Assembly (NCBI GenBank): GCA_963767735.1
Contig: CAVYES010000004.1
Coordinates: 480,001-544,000 of the forward strand
Length of the DNA stretch: 64,000 bases
Source: Candidatus Bathyarchaeota archaeon
Lineage (GTDB): Archaea > Thermoproteota > Bathyarchaeia > Bathyarchaeales > Bathycorpusculaceae
Reading direction: 5' to 3'
In this document: positions 21,354 through 30,943 of the stretch, one piece after another
Numbering within the stretch: position 1 is the stretch's first letter
Layout of the letters: each line of letters begins with the position of its first letter
The notes under the pieces: generated by a model
The model's database searches: none
Seen by the model: the letters and a program-made list of their open reading frames with translations, nothing else
Told to the model about the DNA's origin: nothing
Translations under genes and position numbers: made by a program

Positions 21354-21535
21354 GTCCCCTTTTTCACATTTATAAGTCAAATATAAGCTATTTATTTAAT
21401 ATTGTATCTTGCCAATTTATGCTTTTCTGTTTAAAATAATCAAGGCTCATCAAAGTTGTAGCAAGACTCAATCGTTCACTGTTTTACATTAAACTTTTTA
21501 AACAGTAAAGGAACTCGTATATCAAAAGGGGGTAT

Positions 21536-22087
21536 ATGACGCAGAGACTTAGCCAATTATTCTTAATAGCGCTTTTCGGCTCAATAATATTTGTCGTCAA
21601 CATGTTTCTGCCAGCCCCCTTAAACTATGTCCTAATAATCGTTGAAGCAGTTCTTCTCGCCCTCAGCAGCTTATTCATCAAAAAGTTAGGCGCCACCTAC
21701 GTAGGAGCAGTTGGCGGACTCTTGACAGCATTGGGAAGCCCCGCTTTGGGACCATTCACCTTCCTCTTCACGTTTCTCTTCGGCGTTTTAGTCGACGCGT
21801 TCTTGTTTATTTTCAGAATCAAAGGATCCCACGAAGGCGTAAACCGCAATAGGCTAATGGCTGCGATGGCGTTTAGCACAATGCTAATTGGCTTAATCAG
21901 CTATTCCGCATTTGCTTTTTTTCCACAGTTTATTCCCTTTGCGAAAGAGTTTTCCGTCGGCTTATTTATCCAAAGAAGCACCATGCTTGATGCGCTGGTA
22001 TTGTTCATGGGTCCAGTCACAGGTGTAACGGCTGGTTATGCCGCATCTTACTTGTGGAATAAATACCTGCGACACATCTGCCTCTAA
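21536..22087 (+). CDS. Membrane protein, possibly an ECF-type S component
   Basis: About 180 aa with 5-6 hydrophobic helices; divergent from the HTH-PRT gene. Confidence 0.55.
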   Translation: MTQRLSQLFLIALFGSIIFVVNMFLPAPLNYVLIIVEAVLLALSSLFIKKLGATYVGAVGGLLTALGSPALGPFTFLFTFLFGVLVDAFLFIFRIKGSHEGVNRNRLMAAMAFSTMLIGLISYSAFAFFPQFIPFAKEFSVGLFIQRSTMLDALVLFMGPVTGVTAGYAASYLWNKYLRHICL

Positions 22088-22353
22088 AATCGAAGCTGCT
22101 TGATTTTTTCATCAACTAATTTTGCAATCATCAAATTGGAAATAAAAACGCATTTGACACCCATTAATTCAGCAAGTTCGGCTGGCTTTTGGTCCTGAGT
22201 TACAAGGATTAAATCGTGTTTGCCCGCGTACTCCACGATTTCCCGGTCTTTAGCGCTTTTCAACCCGGCTTCCTGAGCAGTCAATACTTCATAACCTAAA
22301 GTTTCAAAGTACTCCTTTAAACCAGCATACATCTCGTCAAGCAGAATCTTCAT
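22084..22353 (-). CDS. DUF5615/Mut7-C PIN-like protein
   Basis: MKILLDEM..LGYEV..DREIVEYA..ILVTQD. Confidence 0.8.
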   Translation of the reverse strand: MKILLDEMYAGLKEYFETLGYEVLTAQEAGLKSAKDREIVEYAGKHDLILVTQDQKPAELAELMGVKCVFISNLMIAKLVDEKIKQLRF

Positions 22354-22411
22354 GAATTCACTTTCCACTTTTGCAGTTAAATTATTTGAGCTTTACCTTG
22401 GCTGAAGCCAT

Positions 22412-23056
22412 TTAATCTATAAGCAGCAGCGCGAAAGATTCGGGATTTTTGGAAAAGGGAAAATTAACTTGGATTCCAGCGTTGCTTGCGGTTTTTCTTA
22501 CATTTACTCCAACTGCATCCTCGGACCATCGCGCCAAGTTTGGATGAGCGCAAATCCGTGTTTCAGTGTTGCATTTTTCGCACAGTTGGCATGTTCCTGA
22601 AACGAACGCCACGGCTAGGCTATAGCCTTTGTTCATTGCTGCTTTTTCCAAATCAACCACGCTTTGGAGCATTTTCTTTTTGTCGTCTTTCCATTCTGCC
22701 CAAAACTTCGTCGCTTTCTCTTTTACTTCTTTTGGAACCGTGGGGTCGGTTTCAGCTACCGTAAGCTGCTTATACACTTCGGGGTCAGCTTGGGCTTTGG
22801 ACTTGAACTTCATGAACATTGCATAATTATATTCGCTTACGATTTTTCTAAATTCTTCAGCTGAGGGTGTGTAAGGTGGGCAAGCCAATGTTTTGCCGTA
22901 GTTGTTGCAGCCGATTTTGCACTTGAGCACCACCCGGTCTTCAACCACGACTTTTTCTGCAGGGATGATTTTGGCGTCGGCAGCACCCTTATCCAACGCT
23001 AACTTTACGAGAAACTGGTATTTTTCAGCGCCATTTTGCAGTGTCATTTTTTTCAC
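22412..23056 (-). CDS. DUF2284 metal-binding protein
   Basis: KCKIGCNNYG..ACPP, GTCQLCEKC, SEDAVGVNV. Confidence 0.85.
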   Translation of the reverse strand: MKKMTLQNGAEKYQFLVKLALDKGAADAKIIPAEKVVVEDRVVLKCKIGCNNYGKTLACPPYTPSAEEFRKIVSEYNYAMFMKFKSKAQADPEVYKQLTVAETDPTVPKEVKEKATKFWAEWKDDKKKMLQSVVDLEKAAMNKGYSLAVAFVSGTCQLCEKCNTETRICAHPNLARWSEDAVGVNVRKTASNAGIQVNFPFSKNPESFALLLID

Positions 23057-23239
23057 TACTCCTCTGCGTGACGGCTTCTTTTGATATAAATATTTAGGGG
23101 AACTGTTGAGAAACCTTTGCTACAGAATCGTTAGCAGTTAAGCAGTTAATTGAATAGTTGGCGTTTTTACATGCTTGCAAGCGCAAGGATAATATAGAGA
23201 TTCATTAAATCATGTCTTTGAACTGAAGGTGCGGTAGCC

Positions 23240-24394
23240 ATCAAAAGCAAAATTAGCAGCGTCGGGTACGTCAACAAAATTCAGGAAAATATTTTAAGCA
23301 TCAAACGAAAAGAGCTCTCACCGTTATTTGATGAACTTAAAGCGGCTGACTGCGTAATCTGCGGAGGATCAGGCAGATCTCTGTACTCTTTGAATGCTGC
23401 ACTAAGCCAAATTGCGTTGAGCCAAGCTGGCTGGAGAAACAAGGTTGTTTTAACTCCAGATGACCCAGGTTTTCCAGGCAAAAGCATGTATGATGCAGCA
23501 GCTGACCTTGCCAGGCGTTACAAGAAAACCCTGCTTTTGATAAATTCCGGCAGCGGCTACTCCGATGACCCGCTAGTGATGGCTCAAGACCTAGCCAAAT
23601 ATATTGAAGAAAAAAAATCAAACAAGTTCACCATGGGCCTTTTTACTTCCGCTGTTGAATCACCTCTAGGGGAAATAGTCGGTAAATACGGTAATGTTGT
23701 TGAACTTAAGGGACGCGGCAAATCTAAGCCAGGCACTGAATACAGCGAAACTGGCATGATGGGCGACATATTCGAGTTAGGAACCCTTGAACTTCTGAAC
23801 AGCATGGTTGAAGCTGTATTCCGTAACCTTGAAGTTGATGATGTGTTTTCGCTTTGCGTTGAAGAATTCGAGAAAATCGGCGAAATGATCGACTCCAACG
23901 TTAACTCTGAAACCTACACACAACTCGTCAACTTACTTGAAAAACGCACAAACGTGTTTCTGGGCGGAAAAGGCACCGCAAACGAAATCGCCAAAATGAC
24001 GGGTGTGAGACTTTTCCACATCAAAAGTTTTCTGGGCGACAACGTCTACATAACACGAGGCGTTAACACTCCACATCCAAGAGCAGGCGACCTCGAAATC
24101 CTCCTCTCATACTCAGGCGAAACAAGACCCGTCATCATCTGGGCTGACGTAATCAAAAAATTCGCTGGAACCGTATTTGCAATAACAACCTCACCAGACT
24201 CAACTCTGGCAAAGAAAGCAGACTTAAAAATCATCCTTCCAGAAGAAGCTAAGCCAATGACGCCAAGACGCTTCTACACAAGAGCTGCCTACGTGCTAAG
24301 CCCAATTCCAGTAAAACTCGCTGAGCGACTGGGTCAAAGAGGACTTAACCTGCCTGAATACATAATCAGCTGGTACCACTCCGTAACACAATAA
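23240..24394 (+). CDS. Tandem SIS-domain sugar-phosphate isomerase (PHI/HxlB-like)
   Basis: The frame extends 50 codons upstream of 23390 and includes GGSGRS; NSGSG and SYSGET motifs in the two domains. Start uncertain. Confidence 0.75.
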   Translation: MKSKISSVGYVNKIQENILSIKRKELSPLFDELKAADCVICGGSGRSLYSLNAALSQIALSQAGWRNKVVLTPDDPGFPGKSMYDAAADLARRYKKTLLLINSGSGYSDDPLVMAQDLAKYIEEKKSNKFTMGLFTSAVESPLGEIVGKYGNVVELKGRGKSKPGTEYSETGMMGDIFELGTLELLNSMVEAVFRNLEVDDVFSLCVEEFEKIGEMIDSNVNSETYTQLVNLLEKRTNVFLGGKGTANEIAKMTGVRLFHIKSFLGDNVYITRGVNTPHPRAGDLEILLSYSGETRPVIIWADVIKKFAGTVFAITTSPDSTLAKKADLKIILPEEAKPMTPRRFYTRAAYVLSPIPVKLAERLGQRGLNLPEYIISWYHSVTQ

Positions 24395-24402
24395 ACACGT
24401 GT

Positions 24403-25002
24403 TCACGGGTGCCCTGTTTTTTGAAGCATAACAATCCTCGCGTCCATGGAACCTTCAACAGAGAGGAGTGGTATCGGCAGCACTGGGCCTCTTTTGAATT
24501 TGGACCTGGAGAAATATTTGTCGATGGCTTCTTCGGTTATAGCATTGAATTGGTCATGGGGTGATTCCCCGCTCGCCCCTCTTATCAGGGCGTGTCCCCC
24601 ATTTTTCAATACCCGAAAAAGCTCTGAAGCATAGTGAGGTCTGTCATGGTCTTCTATGAGATGAAATAGACCGCGGTCGGTTATGAAATCGATAGACGCG
24701 TCGACTATGGGGAGCTCCAAGACGTTTCCCCTGAACCAATCCACTTCAACATGGGCTTTTTTCGCTCTTTTTTCTGCGATTGTAAGAGCGGCGGAACTGA
24801 TATCGACGCCTATGACTCTAAATCCTTGTTGCGCCATGAAAATAGAGTCGGTTCCGCCGCCTGAGCCAACGTCGAGAACTCTCGCATTTCTCTGAGGTAC
24901 GCCTGCGGCTGCAAGAGCTATAAGCTCGGGAGAGGGGTAATTGAACTCCCAGTGCTTGTATTCCCCGCTTTCATAAGCACTTTCCCAATAATCATTAGTC
25001 AC
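24403..25002 (-). CDS. Class I SAM-dependent methyltransferase
   Basis: VLDVGSGGG, GVDIS, DRGLFH. Confidence 0.88.
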   Translation of the reverse strand: MTNDYWESAYESGEYKHWEFNYPSPELIALAAAGVPQRNARVLDVGSGGGTDSIFMAQQGFRVIGVDISSAALTIAEKRAKKAHVEVDWFRGNVLELPIVDASIDFITDRGLFHLIEDHDRPHYASELFRVLKNGGHALIRGASGESPHDQFNAITEEAIDKYFSRSKFKRGPVLPIPLLSVEGSMDARIVMLQKTGHP

Positions 25003-25063
25003 GGTTCATCCCAGGTAAGGTGCGATTCCTTTTGTGCGGTAAAAGATGTTAAAGATGCCCTCT

Positions 25064-25828
25064 TCAAAACTTGCCATTTGGATTTTTCCATTCTTCACGC
25101 GGGGGTATTACTTGGATAGTGTCCCAGTGTTCAGCAATTTTCCCATTTTGGATTCGATATAAGTCATAATACGATGATAGCTTGTCACCGAAGTTGCCCT
25201 CCGAAACCACGAGTACGAAGTTTCCTTCTCCCAAAATTTTATGAACCTTGGTGTACTTCACAGCCAACCCCTGTGTAGCCAAAGCCTGCAATCCAGCTAC
25301 CAGTCCTGAAAGATCATCAGCAACCAGAGGATTATGTTGTATATAGTTGTCTCCATCAAAATAGCCTGCGAACTTCTCTTTGCGGCCATTAAGCAGGTCC
25401 TCCATATAAGTTCGCATAAGCTCTTTATTCGCTTCTGTCTTGTCAAGCCCCCAAGCAAATGTAGGTCCATCTATCATAGTGTGCCCGCTCGGGTTTGATT
25501 TCTCAGCTTTAGGCTGAAAGTTATCCCAGTGTTCCACAATCTTTCCATCTTCAAATCGGTAGATATCAAAACCAATCAAAGAAACGTTTGGGACGTTGAA
25601 CTCTGAGTGCAAAAATACGAAATTACCATCCTGAAAGGCGCGTACTGGATTGACTTTAAACGAGATCTTCTGATTAATTGCCCTACGCTCGATTAATCCT
25701 TGAATACCGTCTTTCAATGTAAGATTGTGCTGAACAAATTTATCTGAGTTTATGTAAGAAAGCGGTCCGTTATCCCCTGTCTCACCACTTTTAAATAATT
25801 CCAACGCCTGTTGCTTATAATTTTCCAT
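25064..25828 (-). CDS. Tandem SnoaL/NTF2-like protein
   Basis: Two repeats of QHN..GKI(V/A)EHWD. Confidence 0.85.
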   Translation of the reverse strand: MENYKQQALELFKSGETGDNGPLSYINSDKFVQHNLTLKDGIQGLIERRAINQKISFKVNPVRAFQDGNFVFLHSEFNVPNVSLIGFDIYRFEDGKIVEHWDNFQPKAEKSNPSGHTMIDGPTFAWGLDKTEANKELMRTYMEDLLNGRKEKFAGYFDGDNYIQHNPLVADDLSGLVAGLQALATQGLAVKYTKVHKILGEGNFVLVVSEGNFGDKLSSYYDLYRIQNGKIAEHWDTIQVIPPREEWKNPNGKF

Positions 25829-25992
25829 AAAAATTACCATATTTCAACTAGTATTGGTGATTCTTATTGCTTTCCATCACACCCTATTGCAAAGTTTCTA
25901 CTTTCAATTTTGCTTGAGAAATTCCGTTGCTAAATTGATCCCCTATCCCGCGTCAACTGTTGCTTACAACAAAGACATAGATTCTCAAAAAA

Positions 25993-27414
25993 TCAGCAGA
26001 TTTTGTCAGATTTTAGCCAAAAAGGTTTGCCTTCAAGAAAATCTGTTAAGAACTCGGCAAAATCGCTGTTCTCAAGGTACAATTCAGAAATTTCATCGTT
26101 AACTAGAATTTTGTGGTTTTTTAGGATTGATTTTGCAATGAGTTCTGCGACGCCTGCAGTTTTGCCTCCATCTGCCAGCTGCTCTTTTAAGAGTGCAACT
26201 GCATCGGTCGTTTTGCGGTTTACTTCAATTATCCAGCGTCCATCCGCAATGTAGGGTCCAGAAATAACGTTCTCGTTACAAGCATATTTAGCTAAGAAAC
26301 GTTCGCACTCTGCTTCTCGCTCCAGCGGTGGGCCGAGATGCTTTTTGATGTTTGGCAAAACGTGCTTTTCAAGCTCAAATATGTATATGCTGATGGTTGT
26401 TTCGTTGCTCCAAACCGTGTCTTTTAGGATTTTGTAATTGTTTAACTCTATTAATCTGTGGAGTGAGCGTTTTGTTCTGTATAGTTGTCCCCATAAGACG
26501 TCGGGAACAGCGCCTACTTGGTCTAAAGCCAGAAATACAGTTGATGAGCCGCGGCTGGCAAGCTGGCTTTTTAAGGTGGCAACGGGTAGCGCTTGAGTTT
26601 TTGGAGGATAAAAGAATGATTCATCGGACTTTTTCTGGAAAGCTCTAGCTGCGCCAACAAAACTGTAAAGCTTCTCTGGTTGCACGGCTGAAGCCACGTT
26701 TCTTCCTTTGTCAACGGGGTCAATGATCACTAATGGTTCTGGGAAGAGTAGGGAAAGCTCGTTTTGTCTGTTTTCGTAATAGTTTTCGATGTCTATTATT
26801 ACTCGTCTGTTGTATCGTGCGAAGGCTTGTATTGTTTCAGCGAACGAGCGGTATTTCATTATCAATAGTTCGCAGAGGTAGCCGCTGAATCCGCCGACTT
26901 TTATTTCCGCACCATAAACGCTTGTGCCCTGCATGAACCTTTTAAGAAGCCTAACTTCCCCACGCAGCTCCGTGGTTAAGTGTTTTTTGATGTAGTCTGT
27001 GTGGTAGGGTGTTCTGTCAGTTGCGCTCTGCCATTCGCCAGGTTTGGCATTATAGCAAGGGACAATGTCCACTCGGTAACCGTCAACGATTATTTGTAGG
27101 TAAGGGTGCTCAGCGAAACGTTCAATCTGCTCGTAATCGCCAGCCGCTTTTTTAGCAACCTTTAAGCCGATGTCCCCAAGGTCTTTTCGCGGAATCGATG
27201 TTGGCAGCCGCATGAAAATGTCAATGTCCGGGTTTTCCCGAAGCCACGTGTCTTTGGCAACTGAACCTTCAACACGCACAATTGCGCCAACCCCTTCCTG
27301 CTTGCAAGCCAAAGCTACCTTCTGCTCAATCTCGCCGGTGATAGCATAAACTTTTGCTCGGTCCTCTTTTGTGGGAGTAATTTTCTGGAGAACCTGCTCT
27401 GTTATTTCCTGCAT
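25993..27414 (-). CDS. cca: Archaeal CCA-adding enzyme
   Basis: GSVAKDTWL..DIDIF, AEHPY, SATDRTPYH, GGFSGYLCE, DPVDKGRNVA. Confidence 0.96.
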   Translation of the reverse strand: MQEITEQVLQKITPTKEDRAKVYAITGEIEQKVALACKQEGVGAIVRVEGSVAKDTWLRENPDIDIFMRLPTSIPRKDLGDIGLKVAKKAAGDYEQIERFAEHPYLQIIVDGYRVDIVPCYNAKPGEWQSATDRTPYHTDYIKKHLTTELRGEVRLLKRFMQGTSVYGAEIKVGGFSGYLCELLIMKYRSFAETIQAFARYNRRVIIDIENYYENRQNELSLLFPEPLVIIDPVDKGRNVASAVQPEKLYSFVGAARAFQKKSDESFFYPPKTQALPVATLKSQLASRGSSTVFLALDQVGAVPDVLWGQLYRTKRSLHRLIELNNYKILKDTVWSNETTISIYIFELEKHVLPNIKKHLGPPLEREAECERFLAKYACNENVISGPYIADGRWIIEVNRKTTDAVALLKEQLADGGKTAGVAELIAKSILKNHKILVNDEISELYLENSDFAEFLTDFLEGKPFWLKSDKIC

Positions 27415-27418
27415 GGCT

Positions 27419-28000
27419 TCATTTTTGCTCCATTGGCGGGCAGACTTCTCTGAGCGTTGTGTAAGTTGGACCTTTAGGTGATAATTGGCTTCTTTTCAGC
27501 CTAAGGCAGTCGGCTTTGATTATGCCAAATTCGTAATCAGCTTTCTTCGTTACAAACTCAGCTAGGCGCTCTTTGTCTCTGCCTGATCTTACCCGCGCAA
27601 TGGTCAAGTGCGGGCTAAACCCATAAGCATCCGCCGCAAACCCCAAGGCGCGAATCTGTGGTTCAAGCTGAGTGAAAATGCTTTTGAGTTGCTCGACGCC
27701 ATCAGTCATCCCCGCCCAAACAACTCGGGGATAATTGAGGCTTGGAAAAACGCCTAAACCGCAGAGTTTAATATTGAAAGGGGTAAATTTGACGTTTTTC
27801 ATCGCCTCGTAAACCTTGTCAACCATGCCCGGGTTGATGTCACCCAAAAATCTGGTCGTTATATGGATGTTTTGCGTCGCTACAGGTCTGAGGTCTGCAC
27901 CTGTTTCAACCAGAAGCTTCTGGGCGGCAGCTAGCCGACTGAGAACCTGCTCGTTTTGCATGTCAAATGCAATGAAGCTCCTTATCTGTTCAGACATCAC
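27419..28000 (-). CDS. thpR: RNA 2',3'-cyclic phosphodiesterase (2H family)
   Basis: RSFIA, HITT and HLTI motifs; adjacent to cca. Confidence 0.92.
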   Translation of the reverse strand: MMSEQIRSFIAFDMQNEQVLSRLAAAQKLLVETGADLRPVATQNIHITTRFLGDINPGMVDKVYEAMKNVKFTPFNIKLCGLGVFPSLNYPRVVWAGMTDGVEQLKSIFTQLEPQIRALGFAADAYGFSPHLTIARVRSGRDKERLAEFVTKKADYEFGIIKADCLRLKRSQLSPKGPTYTTLREVCPPMEQK

Positions 28001-28172
28001 GTGTTCCTTCAGCTATTTTTAACACTTACCCTCATAAATGCTTTTAACACGAAGGATGCAGCCCGAGTGGTTCAAATTAACCAAAGGATTCGGATTAGCT
28101 GTCGGTGACCTCCTTATATAAAACATTTTTAATTATCACTAAAGAATTGAAGCTGAATCGCGGGCTAATAGC

Positions 28173-29096
28173 ATGATTGAGACTGAGAACCTTACAAGGA
28201 AGTTCGGTAACCTGACTGCGGTCGACAACCTAACTCTTCGCGTAGACAAGGGCGAAGTCTTCGGTTTCCTTGGACCAAACGGGGCAGGAAAGACCACCAC
28301 AGTCAGAATGCTCTGTTGCCTGATATCCAAGACAAGCGGCAAAGCCCGAATTGGCGATTACGAGATTGGCAACCAAGAAGCTGCCCTGAAGATCAGGAAG
28401 ATCATCGGGCTTGTCCCTGACAACGTGGGCCTCTACGAGTCGCTGACCGCCTATGAGAACCTGGACTACTACGGAACGCTTTACAGACGCAGTGACTCAG
28501 AGCGAAAGGAGAGCAACGAGTACTTCCTCAAGCTGCTTGGGCTCTGGGAAAAAAGAGATGCTCTTGCGGGGTCGTTCTCGAAAGGGATGAAACAGAAGCT
28601 CGCCATAGCACGCGCGCTTGTCCATGACCCTGAAGTTCTTTTCATGGATGAACCAACCGCAAACCTAGACCCTGAAGCCGCAAAAGCGGTGAGGGAGTTC
28701 ATCCTTGATTTGAAAAAGGAGAAAAAAACCATCTTCATCAATACGCACAACCTTGATGAGGCTCAGAGGATCTGTGACAGGATCGGCATTTTGAATACTC
28801 GGCTGATGGCTGTCGGTACCCCTGAAGAGATCAAGCGGACGATACGAGGAAGAAAGACTGTGATTCAGCTGATACAGGTGAACGAAGCAATTTTGATCGC
28901 GTTGAAGAGACTCCAGGTCAAGAACATGGTCAGGGACGGCAACAAGCTCTATGTCGATGTAGAGAACTCTGAGGAAGAGAATCCTGACATTATAAACGCG
29001 ATTGCCGCAGCAGGCGGACGCATCGAGACAGTTACAGTGATTGGCAGCTCGCTCGAAGACGCTTACCTAAAACTCGTGAGGGAGAACGCACAATGA
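28173..29096 (+). CDS. ABC-2 type ATP-binding protein
   Basis: GPNGAGKT, FSKGMKQK, FMDEPT. Confidence 0.93.
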   Translation: MIETENLTRKFGNLTAVDNLTLRVDKGEVFGFLGPNGAGKTTTVRMLCCLISKTSGKARIGDYEIGNQEAALKIRKIIGLVPDNVGLYESLTAYENLDYYGTLYRRSDSERKESNEYFLKLLGLWEKRDALAGSFSKGMKQKLAIARALVHDPEVLFMDEPTANLDPEAAKAVREFILDLKKEKKTIFINTHNLDEAQRICDRIGILNTRLMAVGTPEEIKRTIRGRKTVIQLIQVNEAILIALKRLQVKNMVRDGNKLYVDVENSEEENPDIINAIAAAGGRIETVTVIGSSLEDAYLKLVRENAQ

Positions 29097-29830
29097 CCGC
29101 TTGGATGCCGTGGAAGATAGCGCGCAAGGAGTTGAAGGTGATCAGCAGAAAAAAGAGCATAATGTTCTATACCATTGCGCTTCCCCTTCTTATGGCCGTT
29201 CTTTTTTCACTCGTCATCAGAAATCAAGTAGCCTCTGGAATTCCCACGGCGCAACAACTACAACTTGGTGCAGAATCAATCATTTACTTGTACGTTGTTT
29301 TAGCCGCTGCTCTGCCTAGTACGATTGCAGCCTACAGTATAGTGGGCGAAAAGATTGAGAAGACGTTGGAACCTTTGCTCGCGACCCCCACGACTGACGG
29401 CGAAATTCTTCTTGGGAAAAGCATCGCAGCGTTCTTGCCGCCTTTGCTCTCGACGTGGGCCGGAGTGTCAATCTTCATGGCGGCATCGGACTACATACTG
29501 CACAACGCGGGGTTAGGCTACTATTATTTTCCCAATTGGAACGCGGGGGTTATGCTGTTAATCCTCGTGCCTCTCGCAGCAGTTTTCAGCGTTGAAGTAG
29601 GCGTGATTGCTTCATCCCGCGTGAGCGATGTACGAGGCGCAAACCAGATCTCGGGCCTGATGTTTATTCCGTTCATGGCTGTCTTTCTTGCGGGAGTAGA
29701 AGGAATCATTACACTAAGCATCAATACCCTACTGGTCTTCGCCGTCGGCGTGCTCATTGTCGATTTAGCTTTATATTTCGTGAGCACAGGCACTTTTAAG
29801 CGAGAAGAAATACTTACAAAGTGGAAATGA
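29093..29830 (+). CDS. ABC-2 type permease
   Basis: IARKE, SIVGEKIEKTLEPLLATP, 6 TM. Confidence 0.9.
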   Translation: MTAWMPWKIARKELKVISRKKSIMFYTIALPLLMAVLFSLVIRNQVASGIPTAQQLQLGAESIIYLYVVLAAALPSTIAAYSIVGEKIEKTLEPLLATPTTDGEILLGKSIAAFLPPLLSTWAGVSIFMAASDYILHNAGLGYYYFPNWNAGVMLLILVPLAAVFSVEVGVIASSRVSDVRGANQISGLMFIPFMAVFLAGVEGIITLSINTLLVFAVGVLIVDLALYFVSTGTFKREEILTKWK

Positions 29831-29930
29831 GGCAAGATCGATTGTGCGAGAAGGCCCACATGAACTCAACCATTGGGCACGTCAATTGTTTCAACAAAGT
29901 TTAAAAATCCCATTAAGAATGATTTGAAAT

Positions 29931-29997
29931 CATGGCGGGTGAGTGGACCTCCATCCGTTCCGCCATAATAAAACCCGGAGTAGGAGGAAAAAATTTG
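29931..29997 (+). ncRNA. Candidate cis-regulatory leader RNA (putative preQ0/7-deazaguanine riboswitch)
   Basis: Follows TATA-like TTTAAAAA at 29900. Stem ATGGCGG/CCGCCAT; loop CCTCC-A-TCCG is complementary to downstream CGGA-GTA-GGAGG (SD); A-rich linker between them. Confidence 0.55.
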
Positions 29998-30114
29998 AAA
30001 ACCATAAAAACAAAAATAGCCATATTGAGTAATTTAGCCATTTTATATGTGGCGTTAACCCAAATTTTAACCATGCAGTCTTTTCATTCTTCCCCTTGTG
30101 AGGTGAAAGTATGA
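29995..30114 (+). pseudogene. 39-aa QueT-like leader ORF, stop overlapping the queC start
   Basis: TTG 7 nt after GGAGG; MKTIKTKIAILSNLAILYVALTQIL resembles QueT TM1; ATGA overlap with queC. Confidence 0.5.
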
Positions 30115-30874
30115 GGAAAGCGGTAGTGATGTGCAGCGGAGGCGTTGATTCCGTAACAGCTCTCTATTACGTTGCTAAAATTATTCGGGCTAACCCAATC
30201 TTGGTCATTAACGCCGATTACGGTCAACGGATGGTTAAGGAAGAGCGTTGGTGCGTCAAGAAAGCCGTTGAAGATTTAGAAAAACAAGGCTTCAAAAGCT
30301 CATACAAAGAAATTGATATTTCATGGATGAAAGAGCTTTCCACAAGCTTACTGGTCCAAGAGAACGTTCCCGTGCCAGAGACGCCTCAAGAAGACATCTG
30401 GGACGCAGGAAAAAGCAAAAAACAGAATCCTCAGATGGTGGGATGTCGTTCGCAACACAATGTTGCTGACTATCGGTTTGGCTCATGCAGAACACTTTGA
30501 CTTAGACAGCTACATCAAAACAAAAGAACGCGACATCTACGACGTTTACATAGGAATCAGAAGAGAAGGACCCGTCGCGATGAAAGACAACACCCCCGAA
30601 TTCGTCGCAGAGATGAATCGTCTTGTTGAGCATGCAACCCACTTTGGCGGATACAAAATCTCAGCGCCCCTGCTTGAACGTCGACAAAGACGGCGTGGTC
30701 GCACTAGGAAAAGCGTTGGGCGTAAACTACCTTTACACTTACAGTTGCTATCAAGGATGGGACTGGACAGACAAAGGCGAACCCGTTCACTGCGGATTCT
30801 GCAGCAACTGCCGACGAAGAAAAGAAGCGTTTGCGCTCGCAGGAATACAGGATCCAAGTAAATACGCTCGGTGA
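30111..30874 (+). CDS. queC: 7-cyano-7-deazaguanine synthase, divergent (2 frameshifts)
   Basis: SGGVDS PP-loop, DYGQR, TYSCY..HCGFCSNCRRRKEAF..DP. Confidence 0.88.
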
Positions 30875-30879
30875 AAAAG

Positions 30880-30941
30880 ATGAAGACAAAAACCATCGCT
30901 TTAGCAGCCGAGTGGCAGTGAGTTCTTTATGGGGAACCTGA
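30880..30941 (+). pseudogene. Internally deleted QueT-like relic
   Basis: MKTKTIALAA start, joined out of frame to VAVSSLWGT* ending 2 nt before queD. Confidence 0.4.
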
Positions 30942-30943
30942 GA

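Noticed and set aside
28060-28130. GCCCGAGTGGTTCAA as a tRNA 5' fragment or att site
   Set aside because: No cloverleaf, T-loop or partner repeat found.
29931-29970. Resemblance of the que leader to the fluoride (crcB) riboswitch (GGCG...TTCCGCCATAA)
   Set aside because: The GATGG core and downstream TAATG/TGATG pseudoknot segment are missing, and the gene context does not fit.
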